From positions 286,840-350,839 of the forward strand of contig JBFIHX010000002.1 in the NCBI GenBank assembly GCA_041601615.1: 64,000 nt of DNA. Reading direction: 5' to 3'. The DNA comes from Thermoplasmatota archaeon (GTDB lineage: Archaea; Thermoplasmatota; E2; JACPAO01; JAHFTW01). Shown here piece after piece: positions 47,556 to 57,435 of the stretch. The stretch's first letter is position 1, and the number at the start of each line of letters is the position of its first letter. The notes below the pieces were generated by a model. It was not told the DNA's origin. It searched no databases and saw only the letters and a list, made by a program, of their open reading frames with translations. A program made the translations under genes and the position numbers.

Positions 47556-48208
47556 GCATTGATCCGCAAGGGACTGGTGGTGCGCCGGGGGATGCGTGGA
47601 TTCCGGTCCCTGACTCCGACCCGGCTCCCGTTCCGAGTCCGTCTCGGTCCGAGCGCGTGGCGCAGGAATTCTTGCAAAGTCCGGAGGGATCGCTTCGAGA
47701 CGGTAGCCTCGTCGTGCGTCCGAGTCTGTGGGCGGCACTGGAGCGCAGCCTCGTTGTTCTTGCGGGATTTCTTGCGTTCTTGGTCCCCCTCGGCATCGGT
47801 CTGGTGTTCGGCGTGGACGTGGAGGAGGGAGAGCCCGCCGAACCGCGCTGGCTGCGCCTGTTGGGTTTGTCCCAGACGCTCATCGTGCCGTTGTTTGCGG
47901 CCATCGCCCCGGCGGTGCAACTCATGTTCACGAGGTATGTCTTGGACGACGAGGGCATCCGCGAGCGGGTGCAGCTTTTTTCGAAGACGGAGCGGCGGGT
48001 GGACTGGAGCAAAGTGACCGCGCTTCGCCACCGGCACACAGTGTTGGATCGGCTGTTTGGCGTTGGTCGCGTGGATGTCATCGCGTACGGTGAGCGCGGC
48101 ACGACGCTGCGACTCGTGGGGCTCAAGCAACCGGCCATCATCCGCGACCTCGTGTCGGTTCGGATGCGGTCGACGGCTTCCGTGGAGCAACTGACGCAAA
48201 ACGATTGA
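47552..48208 (+). CDS. Membrane protein with a bPH_2 domain
   Basis: WSKVT..HTVLDRLFGVGRV; overlaps the upstream stop. Confidence 0.72.
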   Translation: MSIDPQGTGGAPGDAWIPVPDSDPAPVPSPSRSERVAQEFLQSPEGSLRDGSLVVRPSLWAALERSLVVLAGFLAFLVPLGIGLVFGVDVEEGEPAEPRWLRLLGLSQTLIVPLFAAIAPAVQLMFTRYVLDDEGIRERVQLFSKTERRVDWSKVTALRHRHTVLDRLFGVGRVDVIAYGERGTTLRLVGLKQPAIIRDLVSVRMRSTASVEQLTQND

Positions 48209-48293
48209 AGTCGAGTTGCGGGCCGGGCGGACGGACCGACGGACGGCCGGACAATTGGGCGATTTGGCGGCCGGGCAAGAGCACCGGTTCGGG

Positions 48294-48821
48294 CTAGTAG
48301 GGAATCGGGATGCTCAGGGCTTCCAGGTCGATTTGGACGTCCACGGGCTCTTCGTCCGGCGCGTTGTGGATCAACTCGAATCGAATCGCCACTTCACGGA
48401 GCAAGATTTCGCCTAGCTCCTTTTCCAGCCACGGAATCAAGGACGCTTCCTCGTATTCTACATAGCCGCGCATGGCGGAGGCCACATCGGTTAGGGCCGC
48501 CCGCAAATCGTCGCCGCTCTGAACACGGTGGCGCAGGTCTTCGATGGCGCCGCTGATGGCGTCGATGTTGACGTCGGCTTCTTGCAGTCGATCGGCGTGT
48601 TGGTCTGCTAGGTGTTCGCGTGCCACATGCAGCAGCGCTTGATCTTCGATGTCCAAGTGCGGTACGAGGACATTGGCGTTGAAGTCGAGCACTTGAGCCG
48701 CCAGCAACTCCACTGGCCCCCGTGTGCTGCTTTTTCGCAATTGAATGTCCACGCGGTCTGCTAGATCGCGCACTTCCTGATGGTCTTCGTGCAAGGCGTT
48801 GAGCACTTCGATGGTTCGCAT
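48294..48821 (-). CDS. Hemerythrin-like (HHE) domain protein
   Basis: LHEDH, HLDIEDQAL, YVEYEEASLIP. Confidence 0.65.
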   Translation of the reverse strand: MRTIEVLNALHEDHQEVRDLADRVDIQLRKSSTRGPVELLAAQVLDFNANVLVPHLDIEDQALLHVAREHLADQHADRLQEADVNIDAISGAIEDLRHRVQSGDDLRAALTDVASAMRGYVEYEEASLIPWLEKELGEILLREVAIRFELIHNAPDEEPVDVQIDLEALSIPIPY

Positions 48822-49044
48822 ATGGTTCCCCGTACCATTCGGCGCTGGTAGCACTTCAAGTGCCGGACGGGCCCGTTTTGGGCACAGTGCAGGGCGTGGT
48901 CCCGTTCGCCTCCGAGCCCTTGGGCACAGAAGGGCATGTGTCGAAGCGCCAGTCGACCTTGGCTGGACCTCGGCGGAACCTCGACTCGACCTCCGTTTGA
49001 AGAAGCATGAGGATGCTGCTTGGAAGGGTCCAGGCAGGCCAGCG

Positions 49045-50913
49045 CTACGGGTTTTGCCAAGCGCCCGTGCTATCGATATCCCGCTGGGCCTCAGCACGCA
49101 ACAAATCGCTGCGCGTCACGATGCCAAGCAGGCGCCGCCGATCCAAGGGGTCGACGACCAAGAGCCGCCCAATGTCCTCCTCGAAGATGAGGTCGCGGGC
49201 CTTGTGCAGCCGCTCCTGGGCAAACACCGTAATGAGAAGCCCCGAGACCACGTCCGCCAATCGCATGTCCGCCTTCTCTTCGTGGATTGCCTTGGAAAGA
49301 TCTCGGCGCGTCACGACTCCAAGCAATCGCCCCTCCGCGTCTACGACGGGGTATCCCGTGTGTCCGACTTCCAGCATCTCCTGGAACGCCTCGCGCACCG
49401 ACAGGTCTCCAACCAGACAGTCCACCGAGGGCGTCATCACTTCACCGACGGTCATGGAGTCGAGCGGGCTCTGGACGCGGTCGTGTTCGTAGAGGATGCC
49501 GCGTTGCGTCAGTCGAACAGTGTAGATGCTGTCGCGGCTGAGTCCAACGCTTACGGCGTCTGCGGTGACGGCGGCAAACATGAGAGGCAAGACGATTGCG
49601 TAGCCTTGGGTCAGTTCCGACATCAAGACGATGGTGGTGAGTGTGGCGCGACCCGTTGCCGCGTAGAAGGCGCCCATGCCCACAAGGGCGTAGGCCGCGG
49701 GGCCGGCAACCAAGCCCGGAAAGAAGTGTCCCACAACGAGGCCCAGAAGTGCCCCGTAGAACGCGCCCTGCATGAGACTGGCACTGAAGACACCGCCACC
49801 ACCGCCGCTGCCAATCGTGATGCTGCTTGCCAACGGCTTTGCGACAATCAGCAGCCCCAACAGAGGCGCCACAAGGACTGCGGGGTTGTTGCTGAGGATG
49901 CCATTGATTGTTCCGTAGCCCGTGCCGTAGATGTGGTAGGCGCCGAAGCCGCCAAGCAGGCCAAAGTGGCTCGTGGCCTGGAACACGGCAAGCCCAAGCA
50001 CGCCCACGAGCAATCCGCCCACGGCGGGCTTCTGCCAGAATGGGATGTTCCATTGTTCGCCGGCGTTCGCGGCCCACCCCATCATGCGGATGAACACCAC
50101 CCCGCCGAGGCCGCAAAGAACACCGAGCGCCAAGTAAAACAGGAGTTCCCAGGGGGTCACCAGGACGAATCCATCCGTGGGAATGAAGAATGCTGGCGAG
50201 TCCCCCAAGAACGAGTGGGCCACCGTGACGCCAACGACGGTCGCCGCCACCACCGGAATGAAGGCGTGGGTGCTGAACTCCGGCAAAATAAGCTCCATGG
50301 CAAACAGCACGCCCCCGAGCGGTGCGTTGAATGTGGCAGCAATGCCCGCCGCGGTGCCGCAGCCAAGCAGCACCTTGATGTCGCGGGGTTTGAACCCGAG
50401 GCGCCGCCCAAAGCTGCTTCCTAGTGCCGCGCCAATGTAACCAATCGGCCCTTCACGGCCCGTCGAACCGCCCGTGCCCACGGTGATCGCCGACAGCACC
50501 GCGTGTCCCCAGGCCGTTCGTCCCTTGATGATGCCCGAACGCGCCTGCACCGCCGCCATTACTTCTGCAATGCCTTGGCGGCGCAGATCCGGGAAAATCA
50601 AGCGAATGACGCCGATCAAAATGCCGCCAAAAAAGGGCACCAAAAACACCCAGAAACCCCAGGTGGTCGTCAGAAATCCGCCGTCTCCGTTGGGGGAACT
50701 AGAGAGGGTTCCACGAAACGCAAGGTTCTCCACGAAGTCAATCAACGAGCGGAAACCCACAGCGGCGATGCCTGCCAGCACGCCAATCACGACAGCAGTG
50801 CCGTTCAGTGCCGTAAAGCGCCGCGTGGCAAACAACGGGAGCGACAACGTCGGCCCAAGGTTAAACGCCAACCGATGCGCACCGAGCGAGCGGATGCCCG
50901 CCAACGGCAGCAA
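49045..50913 (-). CDS. CLC chloride channel/antiporter with two CBS domains (start uncertain)
   Basis: GREGP, AAGIAATFNAPLGG, GGVFS, SIYT, C-terminal CBS pair. Confidence 0.92.
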   Translation of the reverse strand: MLPLAGIRSLGAHRLAFNLGPTLSLPLFATRRFTALNGTAVVIGVLAGIAAVGFRSLIDFVENLAFRGTLSSSPNGDGGFLTTTWGFWVFLVPFFGGILIGVIRLIFPDLRRQGIAEVMAAVQARSGIIKGRTAWGHAVLSAITVGTGGSTGREGPIGYIGAALGSSFGRRLGFKPRDIKVLLGCGTAAGIAATFNAPLGGVLFAMELILPEFSTHAFIPVVAATVVGVTVAHSFLGDSPAFFIPTDGFVLVTPWELLFYLALGVLCGLGGVVFIRMMGWAANAGEQWNIPFWQKPAVGGLLVGVLGLAVFQATSHFGLLGGFGAYHIYGTGYGTINGILSNNPAVLVAPLLGLLIVAKPLASSITIGSGGGGGVFSASLMQGAFYGALLGLVVGHFFPGLVAGPAAYALVGMGAFYAATGRATLTTIVLMSELTQGYAIVLPLMFAAVTADAVSVGLSRDSIYTVRLTQRGILYEHDRVQSPLDSMTVGEVMTPSVDCLVGDLSVREAFQEMLEVGHTGYPVVDAEGRLLGVVTRRDLSKAIHEEKADMRLADVVSGLLITVFAQERLHKARDLIFEEDIGRLLVVDPLDRRRLLGIVTRSDLLRAEAQRDIDSTGAWQNP

Positions 50914-50945
50914 AACATTTGCCCGCCCCCTCGCCTAAGGCACCC

Positions 50946-51515
50946 ATGGCCGACCGCCCCGACATCAGCAACGACGCGGTCCAAAAAGCGACGGGCAAGT
51001 CCTGGGAATCCTGGTTTGGCATCATGGATGAACTAGGCGGCGCCGACCACACTGAGCGCGCCAAGCGACTCCAAGCGGCCTACCCCGACCTCTCCGGTTG
51101 GTGGTGCCAAGGGATCACCGTAGAATACGAACGCGCCCGCGGCCTGCGCGCCCGCCACGAAACCACCAGCGGTTTCCAGGTATCCGTGCAACGATCCTTG
51201 CCCCTGGATGCAGAAGCCGCATGGAGCGCCCTGGAGGCCGCCCCGATGGTCGCCGGCGTGCACTGGAGCGAAGGCGAACGCTTCGAAATCGAGCAAGGCA
51301 CGAGCGTGACGGTCCGCGCCGTCCGGCCCCCCAAGCTCCTGCGCCTCTGGTGGCACGCACCGACGGGACGCAGCACAGTGACCGCCGAATTTTTGACCAA
51401 GGCAGCCGGGACCACGGTGCTGATTTCGCACACGAGCCTTGCGTCAAGGAAAGAAGTGGAAGAATTTCGCGTGCGTTGGCGCGGAGTTTTGGAGCGAATC
51501 GCCGACGGAACCTAG
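50946..51515 (+). CDS. DUF4287-like + SRPBCC/AHSA1 domain protein
   Basis: AVQKATGKSWESWF, GWWCQGITVEYE, LISHTSL. Confidence 0.7.
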   Translation: MADRPDISNDAVQKATGKSWESWFGIMDELGGADHTERAKRLQAAYPDLSGWWCQGITVEYERARGLRARHETTSGFQVSVQRSLPLDAEAAWSALEAAPMVAGVHWSEGERFEIEQGTSVTVRAVRPPKLLRLWWHAPTGRSTVTAEFLTKAAGTTVLISHTSLASRKEVEEFRVRWRGVLERIADGT

Positions 51516-54500
51516 GTTGCCCAAGCAGGTGTCGAGTCCTTCGATCCCGATGCCTTGGTGCCCTCGTTCTTGCGCTTGAGCCAAAGGAGGACACCCGCCA
51601 CCACTCCGCCCGCCGCCAGCAAGAAGCCACCAAGGACAAGCCACAACCACATGGGTTGTCCGCCCTTGGCTGCCGCCTTCACGGTCGGGTTGTTGGATTG
51701 GGAATCGACGTCGTCGAAGCCTTCGCCATCTAGGTCAAGCATTTCCTCGCCATCGAGGCGGCCGTCGCCGTCGGTGTCGGCATTGAGCGGATCAAGCCCC
51801 ATTTCCACTTCGACTGCGTCGCAGATGCCGTCGCGGTCTTGGTCGAAGGCGCCCGGGGGACACCCAACGTAGCCGTTCTTGGTCAGGGCGGGGCTGATTT
51901 TCAGCAGTTCCTTGCCCGTGATCATCGCGATGGCGGCGTCCTTTTTCTCGATGGAATCGATGCCGATGACGCCGTAGTGGTGCTCGCCGTCAGGCACGGC
52001 GCCCGCGTCGAAGGAGTAGTCGGTCTTGCCGGCCACTACGGGCACGGTTCCGATCAGTTCGGGCGTAGAGAAGCGCCAAATCAGGTAGTGGCTGCTTGTC
52101 GGGGCTGGCGGGACGGTGAAGTACAGTCGGGCCTTGCCCTTCGAGAGCGCCACGCTGAATTTGCTGGGTTTTTCCAACTTGGGCGGCGACTTGGGATCCA
52201 CCACTTCCTTGGGTGGCGTGGTGTTGTCGAGGTCGCAAGCGTCCCCGATTCCGTCCTTGTCCGTGTCCAATTGATCGAAATTGGAGTGAACGGGGCAGTT
52301 GTCGGCGTTGTTGCCAATGCCGTCCCGGTCGTCGTCTTTGCTCTCGGCCTTGTCACGGGGGAACTTGTCGTGGCCGTCCGGGACACCGTCGCCGTCGTCG
52401 TCGATGTCGCAGCCGTCGGCGATGCCGTCCTGGTCCAAGTCGGCCTTGTCATCGAAGCCGGGGCATTGGTCCAACTCGTCGGCCACGCCGTCCTTGTCCG
52501 CATCCAAATGGTAGCGAGGATCGTCGGGAAGGCCGTCGACTTCGTTGTCGAAGCCGTCGCCGTCGCGGTCGGGGTCGCAGACGTCACCGATGCCGTCGCT
52601 GTCTATGTCCTTCTGATTGGCGTTGGGGAGATCGGGGCAGTTGTCGGTGCCGTCAGGGACCGTGTCTCCGTCCTTGTCGCCAGGGATAGCAGCCTTGTTG
52701 AGCGGGTTGCTGCCGGCTGCAAGTTCCACGAGATCTGAGTAGCCATCGTTGTCATCGTCGTCGTCGCAAGCGTCGCCCAGGGCGTCATTGTCGTAGTTCT
52801 CCTGCTTGGGATTGACGACGCCAATGCAGTTATCCTTGTCATCGTGCACGCCGTCGCCGTCGGAGTCGGGGGCAAGAATGGTCACACTCGCTGTGACTGG
52901 GTTGCCTGCATCCGTGCCGTCGGTCGGGGTGGCAATGACCGTCCACACTTGCCCGGGTGTCGTAAGCGATCCAGGAAGGGTTTTGGAGGTGGACTGGACG
53001 ACTGCGCCTAGTTTCCATTGGTAGGTCGCGGTGACACTGTCCAAATCTACGTCGGTGTAGCTTGTGAGGCTCGCCGTGATATCCTGGCCAGCGCCGGGGG
53101 TAATCGGCGTGAGCGTGACGCCGGCAGCGGTGGGTTTGGTGTTTTGAATCACCACGTCCCGCGTGATGACGTGCACGCCCGAACCGCCGTTCCATGTGTC
53201 TGGAATCGAGACGGTAAAGGTCCACTGTTGGCCCTTGGCGGTGGAGGCAGCAGGCAGAGTAAATCCTTGGATGAGCGTGGCGCCGAGTTTCCATGCGTAG
53301 GTGGCCGTGCCAAGCGTGTCGCCGTCGGGGTCCGCGCCGATGGTGGCGGAGGCGGTGACGGAGTCGCCGGTTTTGGGCAAGAGGTTGGAAAAGTCGATGG
53401 TGACCGGAGGGGCGCGGTTTTGGAAGGTCAAGGAGCCGAGGTCTTGCTCGATTTCACCGCCTTCGCCGTCCGTCACATTCACTACGACGGTCCATGTGTC
53501 ATGCGGGTTGACCAAGCTGGCGTCCAGCGTGTCCGTAACCATGCACGAGTTGTCATCTCCGGACACTTCGTGCCAGGTCGTTTGGCTTGTGTCCACGCCT
53601 CTCGACCATTCCACTCGTACCGTCACGGTGTCAAGGTCTGAGTCAACGCAGTCCACGTCCACCGTGACCGCGTCTCCAACGGAGGGCGTCGCGCTGCTGA
53701 GAGCGGCGGTCTTGATCTTGGGCACACCGTTGAGGACTGTCAATTCGTCCGAGGCGTCGCTCGGGGCGCTGTAGTCGTATCCGTCGTAGGTGAGTGCGCG
53801 GAGCGTCCAGACTTCGCCGCGAACGATTTCGGAAGGGGGCAGAAGCCCTTCGTCGCAAGCGCCGTTGGTGTAGTAGTCCTTGGCCGAGGGTTCCGTGCGG
53901 CTCCACTGGAATTCACAGGTCAAATCGTCACCGTCTTCGTCGTCGCCGGTGACCACGGCTGCAAAGCCCACATCCGAGGTTCCGCCTGTAATGGTTAGGA
54001 CGTTGTTGACGGTGGGAATGGTGTTGCCGATGGGCTTCGTCTTGTTGATCTCGACCTCGACTGCGGTATCTCCATCCACGGCAAGGACCACGGCGCGCAG
54101 CACGTCGCCCTTGAGGGTATCCGTGTTGGGGTAGAAGAATTCTTGTTCGCCCAGGAAACAATCCTCGTCGTCGAAGATGGTTACCGTCTCATCGCGTTCA
54201 TGTTCCCAATGGAAGACGCAGGACGCAAGCTCGGTGTCATCGTCGTCCGTGACGGAAACGAAGACCGTTGGCGCATCGCCCGCCTTGACGGTGGTGGGGA
54301 ATTCGAAGGTGGCGTTGGGTGCGTCGTTGACGACCTCGACCGGAATCTCCACTTCGGCGGTGCCGTACTCGTCATTGAGGGTCACGATGAGGGTGTAGTC
54401 GCCGATGGATGTGAGCGAGCTGTCCAACGTTGCGGTATTGGAAAGTTCGTCGCCCGGGGCGTCGTTGCGAATCCAGGAATAGAACGTGCTGACCGTGTCG

Positions 54501-56428
54501 CCGTCTGCATCAAAGGTGTCGAAGGTCACCGTCAAATCGGTCTTGGTGGACGGATTCGTGGGGGTAACAATGTTCGTGAGCGTGGGCAAGGCGTTGGCCA
54601 CCGTGACGGTGGCAGACGTGCTCTCTACCCACTCCCCGCCCGAGGTTACGTTCATGGTCAGCGACCAAGTATCGCCTCGAATCAACTGGGATGCAGGGAT
54701 GGTCGGCGAACAACTGGTGCCGTTGTGTGGGTGGAGCGGCTCCAGCGGAGCGTCGTGCATCCAAGAGAACGTGCAAGAGATGGTGTCCACGCCGTCGTCC
54801 ACGTCGGGGTCTACGATTTCTAGTTCGGGAACCAGGTCGGCCGCCGCCGTGGGTTGGGCCGGCAGTGCAACGCTCAGGGTAGGCAGCGTGTCGCCAATGA
54901 CGACTTCATGGGCGACCTGGGTAGAGGTTTCGTCGGCGTCCTTGGCACTGGACTTCATCGTCACCGTCTGCCCTTTCACGAAGTAGGTCGAGTCGAAGGT
55001 GCTGCCGTCGCAGGGAGCGTCGTCCTGGTTGGTGTGGGGAAGCGTTGCCACGTCGTCCACAAACCACAGCACGTCGCAGTAGTCGATGGTGTCGCCGTCG
55101 GGATCGGTGACGGTGGCTGTGCCCACGAGGTCATCGCCGGTCTTGGGGGCGGCCGGTTGGATGTCCACGGACATTTCGGGGGCAGCGTTGCCGATGGTGA
55201 AGACGTAGGAAATGTTGGTCAATCCGCCGTGGCCGTCGATGGTGCTGGCGGTGGCGGTCCATTCTTCGCCCTTCGTGGTTTCGATGGCCTCTAGAGTCTC
55301 TGCTTCAATCGAGTTGGCATCGCTCGTGCGTAGCCAGAAAATGGAGGTGGTGAGTGTCTGTCCCGCGTCGGGATCGGAGACTTCGACAACGACTGTGATG
55401 TCCTGGGTGCTGCTTGGCACCAAGGGCGAGAGGACGAAGGTATCCACGACGGGGGCGTGGTTGACGGTGAAGTCCAGCGAGGTGCGGTTGCGGAAGAAGT
55501 TGACCGAGTCTTCCACTTCCAGCACGACATGGGCGATGGCGTCACTGTCGAACGGACCGCCGAGGGCGTCAGGGGATGCGGTCCAGTCCTCGTCCCAGAA
55601 GCCATCGTTGTCGAGGTCCCAGCGGTAGCGCAGGGCGTGGCTTGCGAAGGCCGTGGAATCGGTTGCGGTGAAGGGGAGCGCATCGTCGTTGCTGTCCAGC
55701 AGAACCGAGACATCCGGCGTCGTGATGTTGGCAGTGGGAAGTGCTTCGGAGTCGGTGATGCGGACTTCCTCGGAGTGTACGGCGAAGCCGCCGTAGCCAT
55801 CGGACATGGTGAGCGAGACGCGCCACAGTTGGCCAGCCTCGGTGTAGTCGGCGGGCAGGACTTGATCATAGGAATCGGTGTCCAGCCAGTCGTTGCCGTC
55901 TTTGAGTTCCCAAGTGTACTCGGTCAAATCGGCGTAGATTGCATCGCCGTCGGGGTCGGCAAAGGAGGTCAGAATCGAAATATCGTCGGAGGAGTGCGCT
56001 GTAATGGGAACTGTCATGACCTGAACCGTGGGCGCTCTGTTCTGGAACACAAGCGGGTTCAGGATGACGGTGCAGGAGGGATTGGCAAGCGTGGTCTTCC
56101 AAACGTGTCCGTGCAATTCTCCAGAAACGCGCACGGCTGCGGCCGCGGCGACGGTCGCTGGCTCGATAGGAAGTGTGCCCGAAAAGGCGCCGTTGGCATC
56201 CGAATCGAAGGTTCCCACGTCCAGTTCGCTGTTGTCGTTCGCGATTAAGGTGACTGTTAGTTGCACCACTTCGTCAAACGAATCAGTGCCCAATGGCGCG
56301 TTTTCCGTGGGGTCGTCCGGCGTGGGCGCGTTGGCGAAAAAGGTGCATTCGTCGGTCGCCGCCTGCGCCCCTAGGGGCAGAGTGGTCAACAGCAGGGCAA
56401 TGGTAATGGCGGGGGCCTTCCAGTTCAT
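51512..56428 (-). CDS. Large surface protein: Ig-like repeats, thrombospondin type-3 repeats, C-terminal TM anchor
   Basis: Signal; repeated N.AP...DPDGD...W...G..W; DSDGDG..DNC TSP3 repeats; TM followed by KRK. Confidence 0.85.
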   Translation of the reverse strand: MNWKAPAITIALLLTTLPLGAQAATDECTFFANAPTPDDPTENAPLGTDSFDEVVQLTVTLIANDNSELDVGTFDSDANGAFSGTLPIEPATVAAAAAVRVSGELHGHVWKTTLANPSCTVILNPLVFQNRAPTVQVMTVPITAHSSDDISILTSFADPDGDAIYADLTEYTWELKDGNDWLDTDSYDQVLPADYTEAGQLWRVSLTMSDGYGGFAVHSEEVRITDSEALPTANITTPDVSVLLDSNDDALPFTATDSTAFASHALRYRWDLDNDGFWDEDWTASPDALGGPFDSDAIAHVVLEVEDSVNFFRNRTSLDFTVNHAPVVDTFVLSPLVPSSTQDITVVVEVSDPDAGQTLTTSIFWLRTSDANSIEAETLEAIETTKGEEWTATASTIDGHGGLTNISYVFTIGNAAPEMSVDIQPAAPKTGDDLVGTATVTDPDGDTIDYCDVLWFVDDVATLPHTNQDDAPCDGSTFDSTYFVKGQTVTMKSSAKDADETSTQVAHEVVIGDTLPTLSVALPAQPTAAADLVPELEIVDPDVDDGVDTISCTFSWMHDAPLEPLHPHNGTSCSPTIPASQLIRGDTWSLTMNVTSGGEWVESTSATVTVANALPTLTNIVTPTNPSTKTDLTVTFDTFDADGDTVSTFYSWIRNDAPGDELSNTATLDSSLTSIGDYTLIVTLNDEYGTAEVEIPVEVVNDAPNATFEFPTTVKAGDAPTVFVSVTDDDDTELASCVFHWEHERDETVTIFDDEDCFLGEQEFFYPNTDTLKGDVLRAVVLAVDGDTAVEVEINKTKPIGNTIPTVNNVLTITGGTSDVGFAAVVTGDDEDGDDLTCEFQWSRTEPSAKDYYTNGACDEGLLPPSEIVRGEVWTLRALTYDGYDYSAPSDASDELTVLNGVPKIKTAALSSATPSVGDAVTVDVDCVDSDLDTVTVRVEWSRGVDTSQTTWHEVSGDDNSCMVTDTLDASLVNPHDTWTVVVNVTDGEGGEIEQDLGSLTFQNRAPPVTIDFSNLLPKTGDSVTASATIGADPDGDTLGTATYAWKLGATLIQGFTLPAASTAKGQQWTFTVSIPDTWNGGSGVHVITRDVVIQNTKPTAAGVTLTPITPGAGQDITASLTSYTDVDLDSVTATYQWKLGAVVQSTSKTLPGSLTTPGQVWTVIATPTDGTDAGNPVTASVTILAPDSDGDGVHDDKDNCIGVVNPKQENYDNDALGDACDDDDDNDGYSDLVELAAGSNPLNKAAIPGDKDGDTVPDGTDNCPDLPNANQKDIDSDGIGDVCDPDRDGDGFDNEVDGLPDDPRYHLDADKDGVADELDQCPGFDDKADLDQDGIADGCDIDDDGDGVPDGHDKFPRDKAESKDDDRDGIGNNADNCPVHSNFDQLDTDKDGIGDACDLDNTTPPKEVVDPKSPPKLEKPSKFSVALSKGKARLYFTVPPAPTSSHYLIWRFSTPELIGTVPVVAGKTDYSFDAGAVPDGEHHYGVIGIDSIEKKDAAIAMITGKELLKISPALTKNGYVGCPPGAFDQDRDGICDAVEVEMGLDPLNADTDGDGRLDGEEMLDLDGEGFDDVDSQSNNPTVKAAAKGGQPMWLWLVLGGFLLAAGGVVAGVLLWLKRKNEGTKASGSKDSTPAWAT

Positions 56429-57435
56429 GGTTTCCTCCTTTGGAGTGCGATGAGTACGAGTGCCGTGATCAGCACGGCGGGGGCCCATCCAGGAGAGTCC
56501 TGGGTGGGCGGGATGTTCGCCGTTGTGTCGGCGATGGATTCGGATTGGATGGGGGAGGACAGTGCCTCAGGGTCGAGCACGGGGTCCGGACGGGGGCCGC
56601 TCTCGGCGACCGGTGGTTGGGTTGCGTCGGCAGTGGTGCTGGCGGAGTCGTCGGACGAGGTGCTCGTGTTCTGCGAGGACGAGCTTTGGGCATCGGCCGA
56701 GTTTTGGTCCTGCGCAGATTCGTCCTGCGTTTCTTGCTGGTTCGAAGCAGCACCCGAGGACGAGCTTGCCGGCCGAACTTGGACTTCGATCCCGACCGTT
56801 TCGGCAGCGATTCCGTTGGGGCGGTCCTCGGGAGCCAGCGCTGCGAAGACGTGGAGTGGGCCGGAGGCGGGGGCGCGGATGGTTGCCACACTGCTGGCGT
56901 CCTCGGTTATGTGCCGCACTTGGGAGTCCGGGGTTCCCACGGTGACTGCCAGCCCCGAGATCGGGTGCCCGGTGCGTTGCCAGTACGCCTCCACTTGGAC
57001 GTACAGAATTGCTCCGGCTTCCACTTCAGACGGGGCGCTGATGCGCAGAAGCACGTCGCTCCAGAGCACGGCGAGGCTGGGCCAGGATCCTTGCACGGGG
57101 GTGTAGCTGCCATTTTCCAGCACCGCGACCGAGTCCACCGTGGTGGTGTGCAAGTGGGGCGCTGCCTGGTTCTTGTAGAACGAGTAGCGGGCCTGTCCGT
57201 TGCGGTCGGTGAACTGGGTGATGCCATCCAGTGTGATGCGGGCGCCGGCTACGGCATCACCTTCGTGGTGCAGGGTCAGAAGCGCCGGGACGGGATTGCC
57301 GGGGGTGGCAGGAACCGCCTCAACATCGGGTGTGACCGCAAAGGGCGACAAGCCTCTGGCGGGCTCGAAGGCAAGCTCGTAGGCCAAGGTGCCGGGGGCC
57401 AGCAGAAGGGCAAGAACGAGCAGTGCCGGTCGCAT
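56425..57435 (-). CDS. Secreted protein with PGF-CTERM-like sorting signal
   Basis: Signal MRPALLVLALLLAPGTLA; Ser-rich linker; DSPGW + TM + QRRK. Confidence 0.7.
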   Translation of the reverse strand: MRPALLVLALLLAPGTLAYELAFEPARGLSPFAVTPDVEAVPATPGNPVPALLTLHHEGDAVAGARITLDGITQFTDRNGQARYSFYKNQAAPHLHTTTVDSVAVLENGSYTPVQGSWPSLAVLWSDVLLRISAPSEVEAGAILYVQVEAYWQRTGHPISGLAVTVGTPDSQVRHITEDASSVATIRAPASGPLHVFAALAPEDRPNGIAAETVGIEVQVRPASSSSGAASNQQETQDESAQDQNSADAQSSSSQNTSTSSDDSASTTADATQPPVAESGPRPDPVLDPEALSSPIQSESIADTTANIPPTQDSPGWAPAVLITALVLIALQRRKP